Counted from the first letter of the stretch, positions 1-10,342 are shown. The stretch: DNA of 10,501 bases from a bacterium (GCA_044868695.1 JBIOWP010000073.1:1-10501); one strand, 5' to 3'. A program made the numbers and translations. The notes: generated from the sequence alone by a model not told the origin.

Positions 1-26
1 CAACGGGAGTTGGAACCTCTGGAACG

Positions 27-104
27 TGGTAGCCCCAAGGGGATTCGAACCCCTGTCTCGGCCTTGAGAGGGCCGCGTCCTAGGCCGGGCTAGACGATGG
101 GGCC
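27..104 (-). tRNA. tRNA-Glu (anticodon CUC), CCA encoded
   Basis: Reverse complement folds as a cloverleaf: acceptor stem GGCCCCA/TGGGGCT (G1-U72 wobble), anticodon arm CGGCC-CTCTCAA-GGCCG, T arm AGGGG-TTCGAAT-CCCCT, 3' ACCA. Confidence 0.97.
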
Positions 105-113
105 GCCTGACAG

Positions 114-119
114 ATTATA
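114..119 (-). promoter_or_regulatory. sigma70-type -10 box (TATAAT) for the tRNA-Glu gene
   Basis: Perfect TATAAT on the minus strand, 9 nt upstream of the mature tRNA 5' end, in otherwise GC-rich DNA. The -35 position matches poorly (TTCCCT). Confidence 0.65.
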
Positions 120-163
120 ACCGGGAATGGGGATCGAGGGAACGATTGAGCCGGTTGCCGCTG

Positions 164-724
164 CTAATCCCCGTGCTTCGCACGGAGTCGTGGCGACAAA
201 CGCAGCAGCAGCTGCACCCGTTCCACCTCGTTCAACCACTCCTGCGTGACGACGGCCAGGTAATCTTCACCCGGCGGCACGATGCCGGTGGGGCAGGCGG
301 GTCCCAGCTTCTCCGCCGCCATCTTCCGGTAGGTCGCCAGCGTTCGCTCCCCGAAGCGGGAGCACTCAAAATAATCTTCGCTGAGCAGCACCGTCATTGG
401 AATGCGCAGGCCGTCGTTGATCGCGAGCGTGCCCGACAGGTCGGGGTGGTCGTCCCGGTCCAGAAACCGCAGCGAGATCTTCGGCGACGCTTCTGCAATC
501 CGCTGCAGAATCGGGCATTCCCGGACACAGTCTCCGCACCACGTCCCGGCCACACACAAGAGCTGCATTTCTCGTACGAACCCCGATAGCAGGGCCTGCT
601 GCGTCTCGGTGAGGCCGACCCGGTCGTACACCGCCTGCCACCGCTCTCGGTGCTGAGGTGTTCCGTAGCGGTCGAGGAACGCCTGGTATGGAAGTCCCGC
701 GGTGAAGTGCTCCTGCCAGTTCAT
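164..724 (-). CDS. Thioredoxin family protein (Thioredoxin_9-like), 186 aa
   Basis: WCGDC active-site motif after a beta strand (LLCVAGTWCGDC), cis-Pro loop RIP, and a purine-rich SD-like GGAGAGGGTGA before the ATG. Confidence 0.9.
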   Translation of the reverse strand: MNWQEHFTAGLPYQAFLDRYGTPQHRERWQAVYDRVGLTETQQALLSGFVREMQLLCVAGTWCGDCVRECPILQRIAEASPKISLRFLDRDDHPDLSGTLAINDGLRIPMTVLLSEDYFECSRFGERTLATYRKMAAEKLGPACPTGIVPPGEDYLAVVTQEWLNEVERVQLLLRLSPRLRAKHGD

Positions 725-781
725 CGCTCACCCTCTCCACTCGCTCTGCTGCCCATTATCCTCTTCTCCGGTCGTTTCATC

Positions 782-787
782 TAGAAT
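782..787 (+). promoter_or_regulatory. Putative -10 box TAGAAT, 6 nt before ATG 794 (leaderless arrangement)
   Basis: TAGAAT-N6-ATG with no SD between them; no recognisable -35. Confidence 0.5.
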
Positions 788-793
788 GGACCC

Positions 794-1057
794 ATGGCGA
801 TTCGTGAAGAGGACGCCATCCGAAGATTTACTGAGACGATCGCGCGGGTCGACCCTCGCCTCGTCCTGGACCGGGGGGCCGTACGGTATCTGACGGAACC
901 ATTCCCGGGCGTCGAGTTTGGATTGCGGCTCGGCGACGCCGGCGCGCTGCTGTTCATGCCTGAAGCGGACCTCACCGCCCCCGACTCGGGGGACCGCCTG
1001 GTCGAACGATTTGCCGCGGCGAAGCGCTACCTGGAGGGATTTCGGACTGCGGATTGA
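794..1057 (+). CDS. Hypothetical protein, 87 aa
   Basis: ATG start, GC-rich third codon positions and protein-like composition. Fills the gap between the divergent thioredoxin and pxpA and overlaps the pxpA start. No family recognised. Confidence 0.75.
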   Translation: MAIREEDAIRRFTETIARVDPRLVLDRGAVRYLTEPFPGVEFGLRLGDAGALLFMPEADLTAPDSGDRLVERFAAAKRYLEGFRTAD

Positions 1058-1062
1058 CCTGA
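1038..1062 (+). repeat. Short (2-unit) copy of the GCGGATT heptamer element overlapping the pxpA start
   Basis: GATTTCGGACTGCGGATTG (1038-1056) matches GATTTCGGATTGCGAATTG (1800-1818) at 17/19. GCGGATTGACCTGA (1049-1062) matches GCGGATTGAACTGA (1853-1866) at 13/14. Confidence 0.6.
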
Positions 1063-1796
1063 ATGCCGACCTCGGTGAGGGAGCAGAAACCGACGCGGCG
1101 CTGCTGCCGCTGCTGAGCTCGGCCAATGTGGCCTGCGGCGCGCACGCGGGGAGCCCGAGGATCATCCGCGAGACCGTCCGGCTGGCCCTCGCCCATGGAG
1201 TTGCTGTTGGCGCGCATCCTTCGTACCCCGATCGTGAAGGGTTCGGGCGGCGGTCTACCAGCCTCACCGCGGCGCAGCTTGCGGACACGCTTACCGAGCA
1301 GATACAGGCGGTGGCAGAGGCGGTTCGGGAGGCGGGGGCCGGTCTGCAGCACGTGAAGCCCCATGGCGCGCTGTACAACGAGGCGGCAGGAGACCCGGAT
1401 CTGGCGCGTACGATCGGGGAGGCTGTGCGCCGCGTTGATCCATCGTTGATCATACTGGCGCTGGCCGGTTCTCCAATGGTCGCGGTGCTCCGCCAGATGG
1501 GCTTCCGGGTGGCGCAGGAAGCCTTCCTGGATCGGGGGTACACTCCTACTGGGGCTCTCATGCCCCGCGGGCAGCCCGGCGCCGTGATTGCCGACGCGCG
1601 CGACGCGGCGCAGCGCGCCGTGCGATTGGTGGCTACCGGATCGATCGCCGCTGTGGACGGGCGCACCATTCAGGTCGCCGCCGACACGCTGTGCATCCAT
1701 AGCGATACCCCACACGCCGCGGCGCTTGCGGCGGTAGTGCGGGAGGCGCTGGCGGACGCGGGGGTGGCGGTCTCGCGGCTGGACACGTTCCTGTAG
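1047..1796 (+). CDS. pxpA: 5-oxoprolinase subunit A (LamB/YcsF family), about 249 aa, probable CTG start
   Basis: Family motifs RIDLNADLGE, SANVACGAHAG, GAHPSYPDREGFGRR, HVKPHGALYN, EAFLDRGY and DTLCIHSDTP. SD GGAGG at 1033-1037 lies 9 nt before in-frame CTG 1047. The ORF-track start at 918 overlaps the upstream gene and is unlikely. Confidence 0.93.
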   Translation: MRIDLNADLGEGAETDAALLPLLSSANVACGAHAGSPRIIRETVRLALAHGVAVGAHPSYPDREGFGRRSTSLTAAQLADTLTEQIQAVAEAVREAGAGLQHVKPHGALYNEAAGDPDLARTIGEAVRRVDPSLIILALAGSPMVAVLRQMGFRVAQEAFLDRGYTPTGALMPRGQPGAVIADARDAAQRAVRLVATGSIAAVDGRTIQVAADTLCIHSDTPHAAALAAVVREALADAGVAVSRLDTFL

Positions 1797-1803
1797 AGAG
1801 ATT

Positions 1804-1859
1804 TCGGATTGCGAATTGCGGATTGCGGATGGCGGATTGCGGATGGCGGATTGCGGATT
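1804..1859 (+). repeat. Heptamer tandem repeat, 8 units, consensus GCGGATT
   Basis: TCGGATT GCGAATT GCGGATT GCGGATG GCGGATT GCGGATG GCGGATT GCGGATT fills most of the gap between pxpA and the next gene. Confidence 0.95.
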
Positions 1860-1865
1860 GAACTG

Positions 1866-2687
1866 ATGGCGACGTACCTGTCCGGGGCAATCGCATACAT
1901 TCAAGAAAACGGCGATGAGCTCGAGCGCGCGAGGTTGGCCGGCCTGCTCGGGCGGTCGCGCCCTGAGCCGAAGGTGGCACGCGCGCTGCTGGCCAGGCAG
2001 AACGAGGACGGCGGGTTTCCCTATGGGCTCATCCAAGGACGGCCGTCGTCGATCACCTCGACCTCCGTGGCCCTGCAGTGGCTGCAGGATCTGCGCCTGC
2101 TGCCCTCGTCGTACGTGGAGCGCGCGGCAGCCTACCTGCTGACGGTGCAGCGGCCGGAAGGCATGTGGGACGAGAGCCCCGCCATCCTCCGGTACGATCC
2201 GCCGGCGCTCGCGCGGCCGGGATCGCCGCTGGCCCGCGTCACCTGCACCGCGCTGGCCGCGTGCTGGGTGGCCCGGCTCCTGGGACGGCGGCATGATGCG
2301 GTGGCGCGCGCCGCGACCTGTCTCCGCGAGTCGAAGGACGGCGAGCGGCCGTCCGACGAACCCGCACACGTCACCGCGCACGTCGCCGCCGCGCTGATGA
2401 TATCGGATGGCCCATCGTCGCCGCCGGCCGCAGGAGCCCTGGAGACGCTGCGGCGGGTGCAGCCCGAAACGTGGACGGCCGAGCGGCTGGCCGACGCGCT
2501 CGGCGCGCTCTACACCGGTGGGCTGCCGGCGGTGGACCCGCTGGCCGCGGCGGGGCTGCGGCGGCTGCTCGGTCTTCAGCGCCCGGACGGGGGCTGGAGC
2601 AGCGAGTATGGATCGGACCGCGACGTCGATCTGTCCCTGCGCGCGCTCGGCGTGCTGCTCGCCTACGGCGTGTCCACCACGATATAA
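1866..2687 (+). CDS. Prenyltransferase/squalene oxidase (QW) repeat-containing alpha/alpha-toroid protein, 273 aa
   Basis: Three QxxDGGW-type repeats (LLARQNEDGGF, LLTVQRPEGMW, LLGLQRPDGGW), each followed by a helix (SITSTSVALQWL, DVDLSLRALGVL). Start set at ATG 1866 because the upstream extension is translated repeat. Confidence 0.85.
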   Translation: MATYLSGAIAYIQENGDELERARLAGLLGRSRPEPKVARALLARQNEDGGFPYGLIQGRPSSITSTSVALQWLQDLRLLPSSYVERAAAYLLTVQRPEGMWDESPAILRYDPPALARPGSPLARVTCTALAACWVARLLGRRHDAVARAATCLRESKDGERPSDEPAHVTAHVAAALMISDGPSSPPAAGALETLRRVQPETWTAERLADALGALYTGGLPAVDPLAAAGLRRLLGLQRPDGGWSSEYGSDRDVDLSLRALGVLLAYGVSTTI

Positions 2688-2688
2688 T
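2683..2688 (+). promoter_or_regulatory. Putative internal -10 box TATAAT overlapping the upstream TAA stop
   Basis: Perfect TATAAT 9 nt before the GTG of the first ABC gene; no clear -35. Confidence 0.45.
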
Positions 2689-2697
2689 CGGGAGGCT

Positions 2698-4445
2698 GTG
2701 AGTCCCCGGCTCCGTTCGTACCTCTGGCGCCACCGGCGCGCGTACGCGATCGGCTTTCTCCTCGGCACCACCAGCGCTGTGCTGCTGATGCTGGACCCGC
2801 TGGTGCTGCGGCTGGGGGTCGACGCGATCGCCGCAGGCGAGGGATCGCGCGTGCTTCTGCGGTACGCGGCGGTTCTCGTGGCGATCAACCTTGCCGTGTG
2901 GGTGCTACGGTACTACTGGCGTCTCCATATCCTCGGGGCGTCGCGGCGCATCGAGTACGAGATCCGCAACGACTACTTCGCGCACCTCGAGCGGATGCAC
3001 CTGGCGTTCTTCCAGCATACGCGCACCGGCGATCTCATGACGCGGGCGGTCAGCGACCTCTCGACGGTGCAGCGTTTTGTCGGGCCCGGCATCATGCACT
3101 TCTTCAGCACGATCGTCATGTCGGTCGTGGCCGTCGCCTTCATGGTGTCCATCGACCCGACGTTGACGTTGTACATGATGGTGGTCCTGCCCCTCGTCAG
3201 CCTCACGTTCATCATCTTGGGCCCGCTTATCCACCGGCAGTACGAGTCGGTGCAGGAGCAGTTCAGCATCCTCTCCGCCCGCGCCCAGGAGAATTTCTCG
3301 GGGATCCGCGTGGTGAAGGCGTTTGCCCAGGAGCCCCACGAGGTGGACGCGTTTGCAGGGCTCAACCGCGAGTACATCCGGCGCAACCTGTCCGTGATCA
3401 AGAGCGACGGCGCGCTGTGGCCGCTCATGATGTTCTTCCTCGGCCTCGCGGCCGTCGTGCTGCTGTGGCAGGGTGGGCAGGCCGTGATCGCCGGCCGGAT
3501 CACCCTGGGCCAGTTTGTGCAGTTCATCGGATATCTCGGCCAGCTGTCGTGGCCCATGATCGCGCTGGGATGGGTCGTAAACCTGATGCAGCGCGGCATG
3601 GCGTCCATGCAGCGGCTGGATGAGATCTTTGGCCAGCGGCCGCGGGTCATTGACGCGCCAGACGCCCGGCCGCTGGCCGCCCCACGGGGAGAGGTCGAGT
3701 TGCGGGGCGTCACGTTTGCGTACAACGGTGCGCCGGTGCTCCACAATGTCACGCTCCACGTGCCCCCGGGCACCACGCTGGCCATCGTCGGGCCGACCGG
3801 ATCGGGCAAGAGCTCACTGGTCAATCTCATCCCGCGGCTGTTTGACGTGACCGGCGGCGCGGTGTTGATCGACGGCGTCGACGTACGCCGGTACCGGCTG
3901 GCCGACCTACGCCGGTGTGTGGGGATGGTTCCGCAGGATCCGTTCCTGTTCTCCGAACCGCTGGGCGAGAACATCGGTTACGGCATGGAGGTTCCAGACA
4001 ACGGCCGCATGCGGCAGGCGGCGGAGATCGCGCGCCTGGCCGGCGACGTCGAGGAGTTCCCGAACCGGTACGCAACGGTCGTGGGGGAACGCGGCGTGAC
4101 CCTGTCGGGCGGCCAGAAGCAGCGCGCTGCGATCGCGCGGGCCGTCGCGAGAGATCCGCGCATCCTCATCCTGGACGACGCGCTGAGCAGCGTGGACACC
4201 CACACCGAGGAAGAGATCCTGGCCCGGCTGCGCGGAGTCATGGCCTCGCGGACGTCGGTGATCATCTCCCACCGGGTCTCGACGGTCCGGCATGCCGATC
4301 AGATCGTGGTGCTGGACGGCGGCCGCATCGTGGAGCAAGGCACACACGACACGCTGCTGCGGTCCGGCGGGCTCTATGCCGAGATGTACCAGAAACAGCT
4401 GCTGGAAGAGGAACTCGACGAGACCGACGCGGGCGATCCGGCGCC

Positions 4446-4449
<4 letters not shown>
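2698..4449 (+). CDS. ABC exporter, fused permease/ATPase, subunit 1 of a heterodimer (MdlA/YheI/TM287-like), about 583 aa
   Basis: N-terminal TMD with TGDLMTR, Walker A GPTGSGKS, Q-loop VPQDPFLF, signature LSGGQKQR, non-canonical Walker B ILILDD and H-loop ISHR. Probable GTG start at 2698. Confidence 0.95.
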
Positions 4450-6275
<1,826 letters not shown>

Positions 6276-6283
6276 GAGACCCA

Positions 6284-6318
6284 TCTCGATTCACGAATCA
6301 CGAATCACGATTCACGGA
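6284..6318 (+). repeat. Heptamer tandem repeat, 5 units, consensus TCACGAW
   Basis: TCTCGAT TCACGAA TCACGAA TCACGAT TCACGGA between the ABC stop (6275) and ATG 6333. Confidence 0.9.
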
Positions 6319-6332
6319 TACTCGTATCTGCG

Positions 6333-6671
6333 ATGGATGAAAAGAAGCTCCTCGACGAAGTGAAGGCCGCCCTCGCCGCTGCCCTGGATTCCCGGCGGGG
6401 GTTGGTGGCGTACAGCCGCATGGAGGCCATGGAGATGGACCAGCGCGCCCGGGAGGTGGAGCGGGAAGCGCTGGAGCGGGTCCGGACCCTGGTGCCGCCG
6501 TCGCCCGCGGACCAGCGGCTCCAGCAGGTCAGGCTCCGGTTGCTCCGGATGGACGAAGCGCTGCAGTTGCTGGCGGGGCGCGCGGAAATTGCGGATCGGT
6601 CCCGCGCCCTCGAGCGCGACGACATTACTTGGCGGACGTTCGAGGATATCTCCTGGTTGCTGGAAACGTAA
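6333..6671 (+). CDS. Hypothetical all-alpha-helical protein, 112 aa
   Basis: ATG to TAA, GC-rich third positions, E/R/L/A-rich amphipathic segments; fits the gap between the ABC genes and the convergent S1 gene. No family recognised. Confidence 0.8.
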   Translation: MDEKKLLDEVKAALAAALDSRRGLVAYSRMEAMEMDQRAREVEREALERVRTLVPPSPADQRLQQVRLRLLRMDEALQLLAGRAEIADRSRALERDDITWRTFEDISWLLET

Positions 6672-6675
6672 CTGC

Positions 6676-6689
6676 GGGGACTGGGGACT
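6676..6689 (+). repeat. Two GGGGACT heptamers at the convergent gene junction
   Basis: GGGGACT GGGGACT, the same family as the copies flanking eno, overlapping the S1 gene stop codon. Only two units. Confidence 0.55.
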
Positions 6690-7065
6690 ACTTGCGTTTC
6701 TTGCCACCGCCTCGTTTGGCTTCGGTGTTGCGTTTGAGGTCTAGGAGACGTTCTTCGCTTTCCCGCAGGAACGCCTTCATCTTGTCTTCGAACGAGGTCT
6801 TCGCACGGACACGGGCCACACGTTCTTCGGGGGAGAGGGCCTGCTTGACGGAGAGGTCCAGTTTGCCTCTCTCGTTGAGGCCGAGAACTTTGACTTTGAC
6901 CTTCTCTTGCTCTTTGAGGTAATCCCGGACGTCCTTAACGTAGGTGTCGGCGATTTCCCGGATGTGAACGAGGCCGCTTCTGCCGTCGGGGAGCTCGACG
7001 AACGCGCCGTAATTGGTGATCTTGACGACTATCCCTTCAACAATGGTGCCGGTGTCCACGCTCAT
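6688..7065 (-). CDS. S1 RNA-binding domain protein (YabR/YugI-like), 125 aa
   Basis: S1 motif GTIVEGIVVKITNYGAFVELPDGRSGLVHIREIADTYVKDVRDYLK...GKLDLSVK plus a YabR-type tail SFEDKMKAFLRESEERLLDLKRNTEAKRGG. Lies downstream of divIC as in Bacillus. Start at ATG 7065. Confidence 0.93.
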   Translation of the reverse strand: MSVDTGTIVEGIVVKITNYGAFVELPDGRSGLVHIREIADTYVKDVRDYLKEQEKVKVKVLGLNERGKLDLSVKQALSPEERVARVRAKTSFEDKMKAFLRESEERLLDLKRNTEAKRGGGKKRK

Positions 7066-7107
7066 GCCGTCCCTGGTACGCCTCCCAGACCGAGGATATG
7101 CGTGCGA

Positions 7108-7137
7108 ATTATACGGCCCCTCCGCGGGAAGTGTCAA
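7108..7137 (-). promoter_or_regulatory. Consensus sigma70 promoter for the S1 gene
   Basis: TTGACA (7137-7132), 18-nt spacer, TATAAT (7113-7108), starting immediately after the divIC stop codon. Confidence 0.85.
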
Positions 7138-7557
7138 TCAGTCCTGCGGATGGAAGAGGCGGGCGAGGAACTGCAGGACCCGCCGCACCCGGCCGGGGCG
7201 GGGCTGGGTGGGCCGCTCGCGCGGGGGGTCGGAAGGCGTCTGGACGATGAGCAGGGCGATTTCGCCTGGTTTGACCAGCCCCAGCTGCTCCCGGGCGAGT
7301 TTTTCGATGTACTGGGGCGTGTGGAGGAGCTTGATCTCCTCGCGCAGGAGGGCATTCTGCTCTTCCAGGTCCCCGCGGAGCTGTTCCAGGCGCGCCGCCT
7401 CCCGTTCCAGGCGGTACACCTGCAGGAAGGTTGTCCCAAAAACAAAGGTGGCGACCGCCGCCGCCGCGGCGATGCCGCACCACACTACCCAACGGGGGAC
7501 ACGCCGGACCGGCGCGTGCCTGCTCCCGCGGCGATAGGTCACAGTCCCCAGGCTCAT
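7138..7557 (-). CDS. divIC: Septum formation initiator / FtsB-DivIC family cell division protein, about 139 aa
   Basis: Basic cytoplasmic N-terminus, one TM helix (WVVWCGIAAAAAVATFVFG), coiled coil (LEREAARLEQLRGDLEEQNALLREEIKLL) and motif YIEKLAREQLGLVKPGE. Follows eno. Exact start (ATG 7557) uncertain. Confidence 0.9.
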   Translation of the reverse strand: MSLGTVTYRRGSRHAPVRRVPRWVVWCGIAAAAAVATFVFGTTFLQVYRLEREAARLEQLRGDLEEQNALLREEIKLLHTPQYIEKLAREQLGLVKPGEIALLIVQTPSDPPRERPTQPRPGRVRRVLQFLARLFHPQD

Positions 7558-7654
7558 GTGGATCAGCGCTCCAGCTGCTGCTGCGTCGACAGGGTCGTAG
7601 ATTCCCGAGTCAAGCGTGTTCGGTCGCCTGTTGACTTCGGAGAATACGTTCGTG

Positions 7655-9242
<1,588 letters not shown>

Positions 9243-9250
9243 GCTCAAGG

Positions 9251-9348
9251 CGAAATTGCGGATTGCGAATTATGGATCGCGAATTGCACGACGCGGTTCA
9301 ATTCGACATCGTCAATCCGCAATCCGCAATCGTCAATCCGCAATTTCT
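9251..9348. repeat. Inverted pair of GCGGATT heptamer arrays (potential long hairpin)
   Basis: Left arm has 5 units (CGAAATT GCGGATT GCGAATT ATGGATC GCGAATT, 9251-9285). Right arm has 7 reverse-complement units (AATTCGA CATCGTC AATCCGC AATCCGC AATCGTC AATCCGC AATTTCT, 9300-9348). Perfect 14-bp terminal inverted repeat at 9252-9265 / 9334-9347. Confidence 0.92.
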
Positions 9349-9349
9349 T

Positions 9350-10306
9350 TTATTGGGTTGGACGATCCGCTCTCGTAATCTTCGCCTGCGCCTTAATGGC
9401 TTTCAACCACTCCTGGAACGCGGCTTCCTGTCTGCTGGACAGCAGCACGGTGCGGATCTGATCGCGGACCTGCGCGAGATTGGCCGGCTGGGGCGGGCGG
9501 CGCTCGAGGACTTGGATCAGATGGTACCCAAACTGGGTCTTCACGATGGACGAGAGCTGTTTGAGCTCCAGCGAGAATGCGACCTGTTCGAATTCCGGCA
9601 CCAGCTGCCCGCGGCTGACGAAGCCCAGGTCGCCTCCCTTCTCGCGGCTGCCCTGGTCCTTTGAGTACTGGCGGGCGAGCGCGTCAAACGACTCGCCGCG
9701 GCGCAGGCGCCCCAGCACGAACTCCGCGAGACGCTCATCGTCCACCAGAATATGTTTGACGTGCGCTTGCTCGGGCTTGTCGAACTCATTCCGGTGTTCG
9801 CGGAAGTAGACCTCGATCTCCGCGTCCGCCACCGTGATCGGCGCGACCTTGGCCATCAGATTCCGCAGGGCCAAATTGGTCCGCAGGCGGTCTTTAAGCT
9901 CAACGAGCGTGAGGTTGCGCTGTGCCAGGGCCTGCTCGAAGTCGGACTCGGAGGGGAAGTTCCGTTTGATGTCCTGCAGCTGGGCTTCGACCTGCGTCTC
10001 GGCCGGCATCGTGTTCCGCCGGCGGGCTTCCTGCAGGATCAGCCGCTGCTCGATCAACTGGTCCAGGACGACCCGTGAGATCTCCGCGCGCTGCTGAGCC
10101 GTCTCGGTATTGCCGAGGTCGATCCCGTATTGCCTGGCGATGGCCGCAACCTCGCCCTCCAGCTCACGCGCGTAGATGACCTCACCGTTGACGGTGGCGG
10201 CCACCGCCGTTCCGCGCTGCATGCCGATGGTGACCGCGGCCACCGCGATGCTGCCGAACAACACCGCCGCGAGGCCGAGGAGCACGAATTTCGTGCGACC
10301 AGTCAT
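9350..10306 (-). CDS. SurA/PrsA-like parvulin peptidyl-prolyl isomerase (foldase), about 318 aa
   Basis: N-terminal hydrophobic segment, SurA-N/PrsA helical domain (VAATVNGEVI, VLDQLIEQRLILQEA) and PpiC motifs HVKHILV, FDALARQYSKD, GGDLGF, VPEFEQVAF, KTQFGYHLI. Start ATG 10306 (alternative ATG 10315). Confidence 0.93.
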   Translation of the reverse strand: MTGRTKFVLLGLAAVLFGSIAVAAVTIGMQRGTAVAATVNGEVIYARELEGEVAAIARQYGIDLGNTETAQQRAEISRVVLDQLIEQRLILQEARRRNTMPAETQVEAQLQDIKRNFPSESDFEQALAQRNLTLVELKDRLRTNLALRNLMAKVAPITVADAEIEVYFREHRNEFDKPEQAHVKHILVDDERLAEFVLGRLRRGESFDALARQYSKDQGSREKGGDLGFVSRGQLVPEFEQVAFSLELKQLSSIVKTQFGYHLIQVLERRPPQPANLAQVRDQIRTVLLSSRQEAAFQEWLKAIKAQAKITRADRPTQ

Positions 10307-10313
10307 AGGTACC

Positions 10314-10342
10314 ATCCTACCCGCCGGCCGGGTTCGGCGCAA
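10314..10342 (-). promoter_or_regulatory. Putative sigma70 promoter for the foldase gene (leaderless arrangement)
   Basis: TTGCGC (10342-10337), 17-nt spacer, TAGGAT (10319-10314), 7 nt, then ATG 10306. Confidence 0.55.

Noticed and set aside
1..26. Possible att site or island boundary at the tRNA 3' end (with a short TGGAAC duplication)
   Set aside because: Only 26 nt are visible; no integrase or duplicated tRNA fragment in the window.
121..141. Degenerate GGGGAY-like heptamers (CCGGGAA TGGGGAT CGAGGGA) between the thioredoxin and tRNA genes
   Set aside because: Too degenerate to distinguish from chance in G-rich sequence, though the position would fit the junction pattern.
1804..1859. Possible CRISPR array
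   Set aside because: Contiguous 7-bp units without spacers, and no cas genes in the window.
1809..1865. N-terminal extension MRIADCGWRIADGGLRIEL of the QW-repeat protein
   Set aside because: Encoded by the repeat array; ATG 1866 is the more plausible start.
972..2888. 638-aa minus-strand ORF and overlapping ORFs containing SAIRNPQ-like peptides
   Set aside because: Antisense to well-supported genes; the repeated peptide is simply the translated GCGGATT heptamer array.
2407..4445. Long N-terminal extensions of the two ABC ORFs (from 2407 and 3915)
   Set aside because: They overlap upstream genes in other frames and have low-complexity R/G/A composition; starts at 2698 and 4446 fit family lengths.
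7608..7652. Possible LexA (GAAC-N4-GTTC) sites and a TTGACT -35 upstream of divIC
   Set aside because: Only GTTCG half-sites are present, the partner halves mismatch, and there is no -10 at the right spacing from TTGACT.
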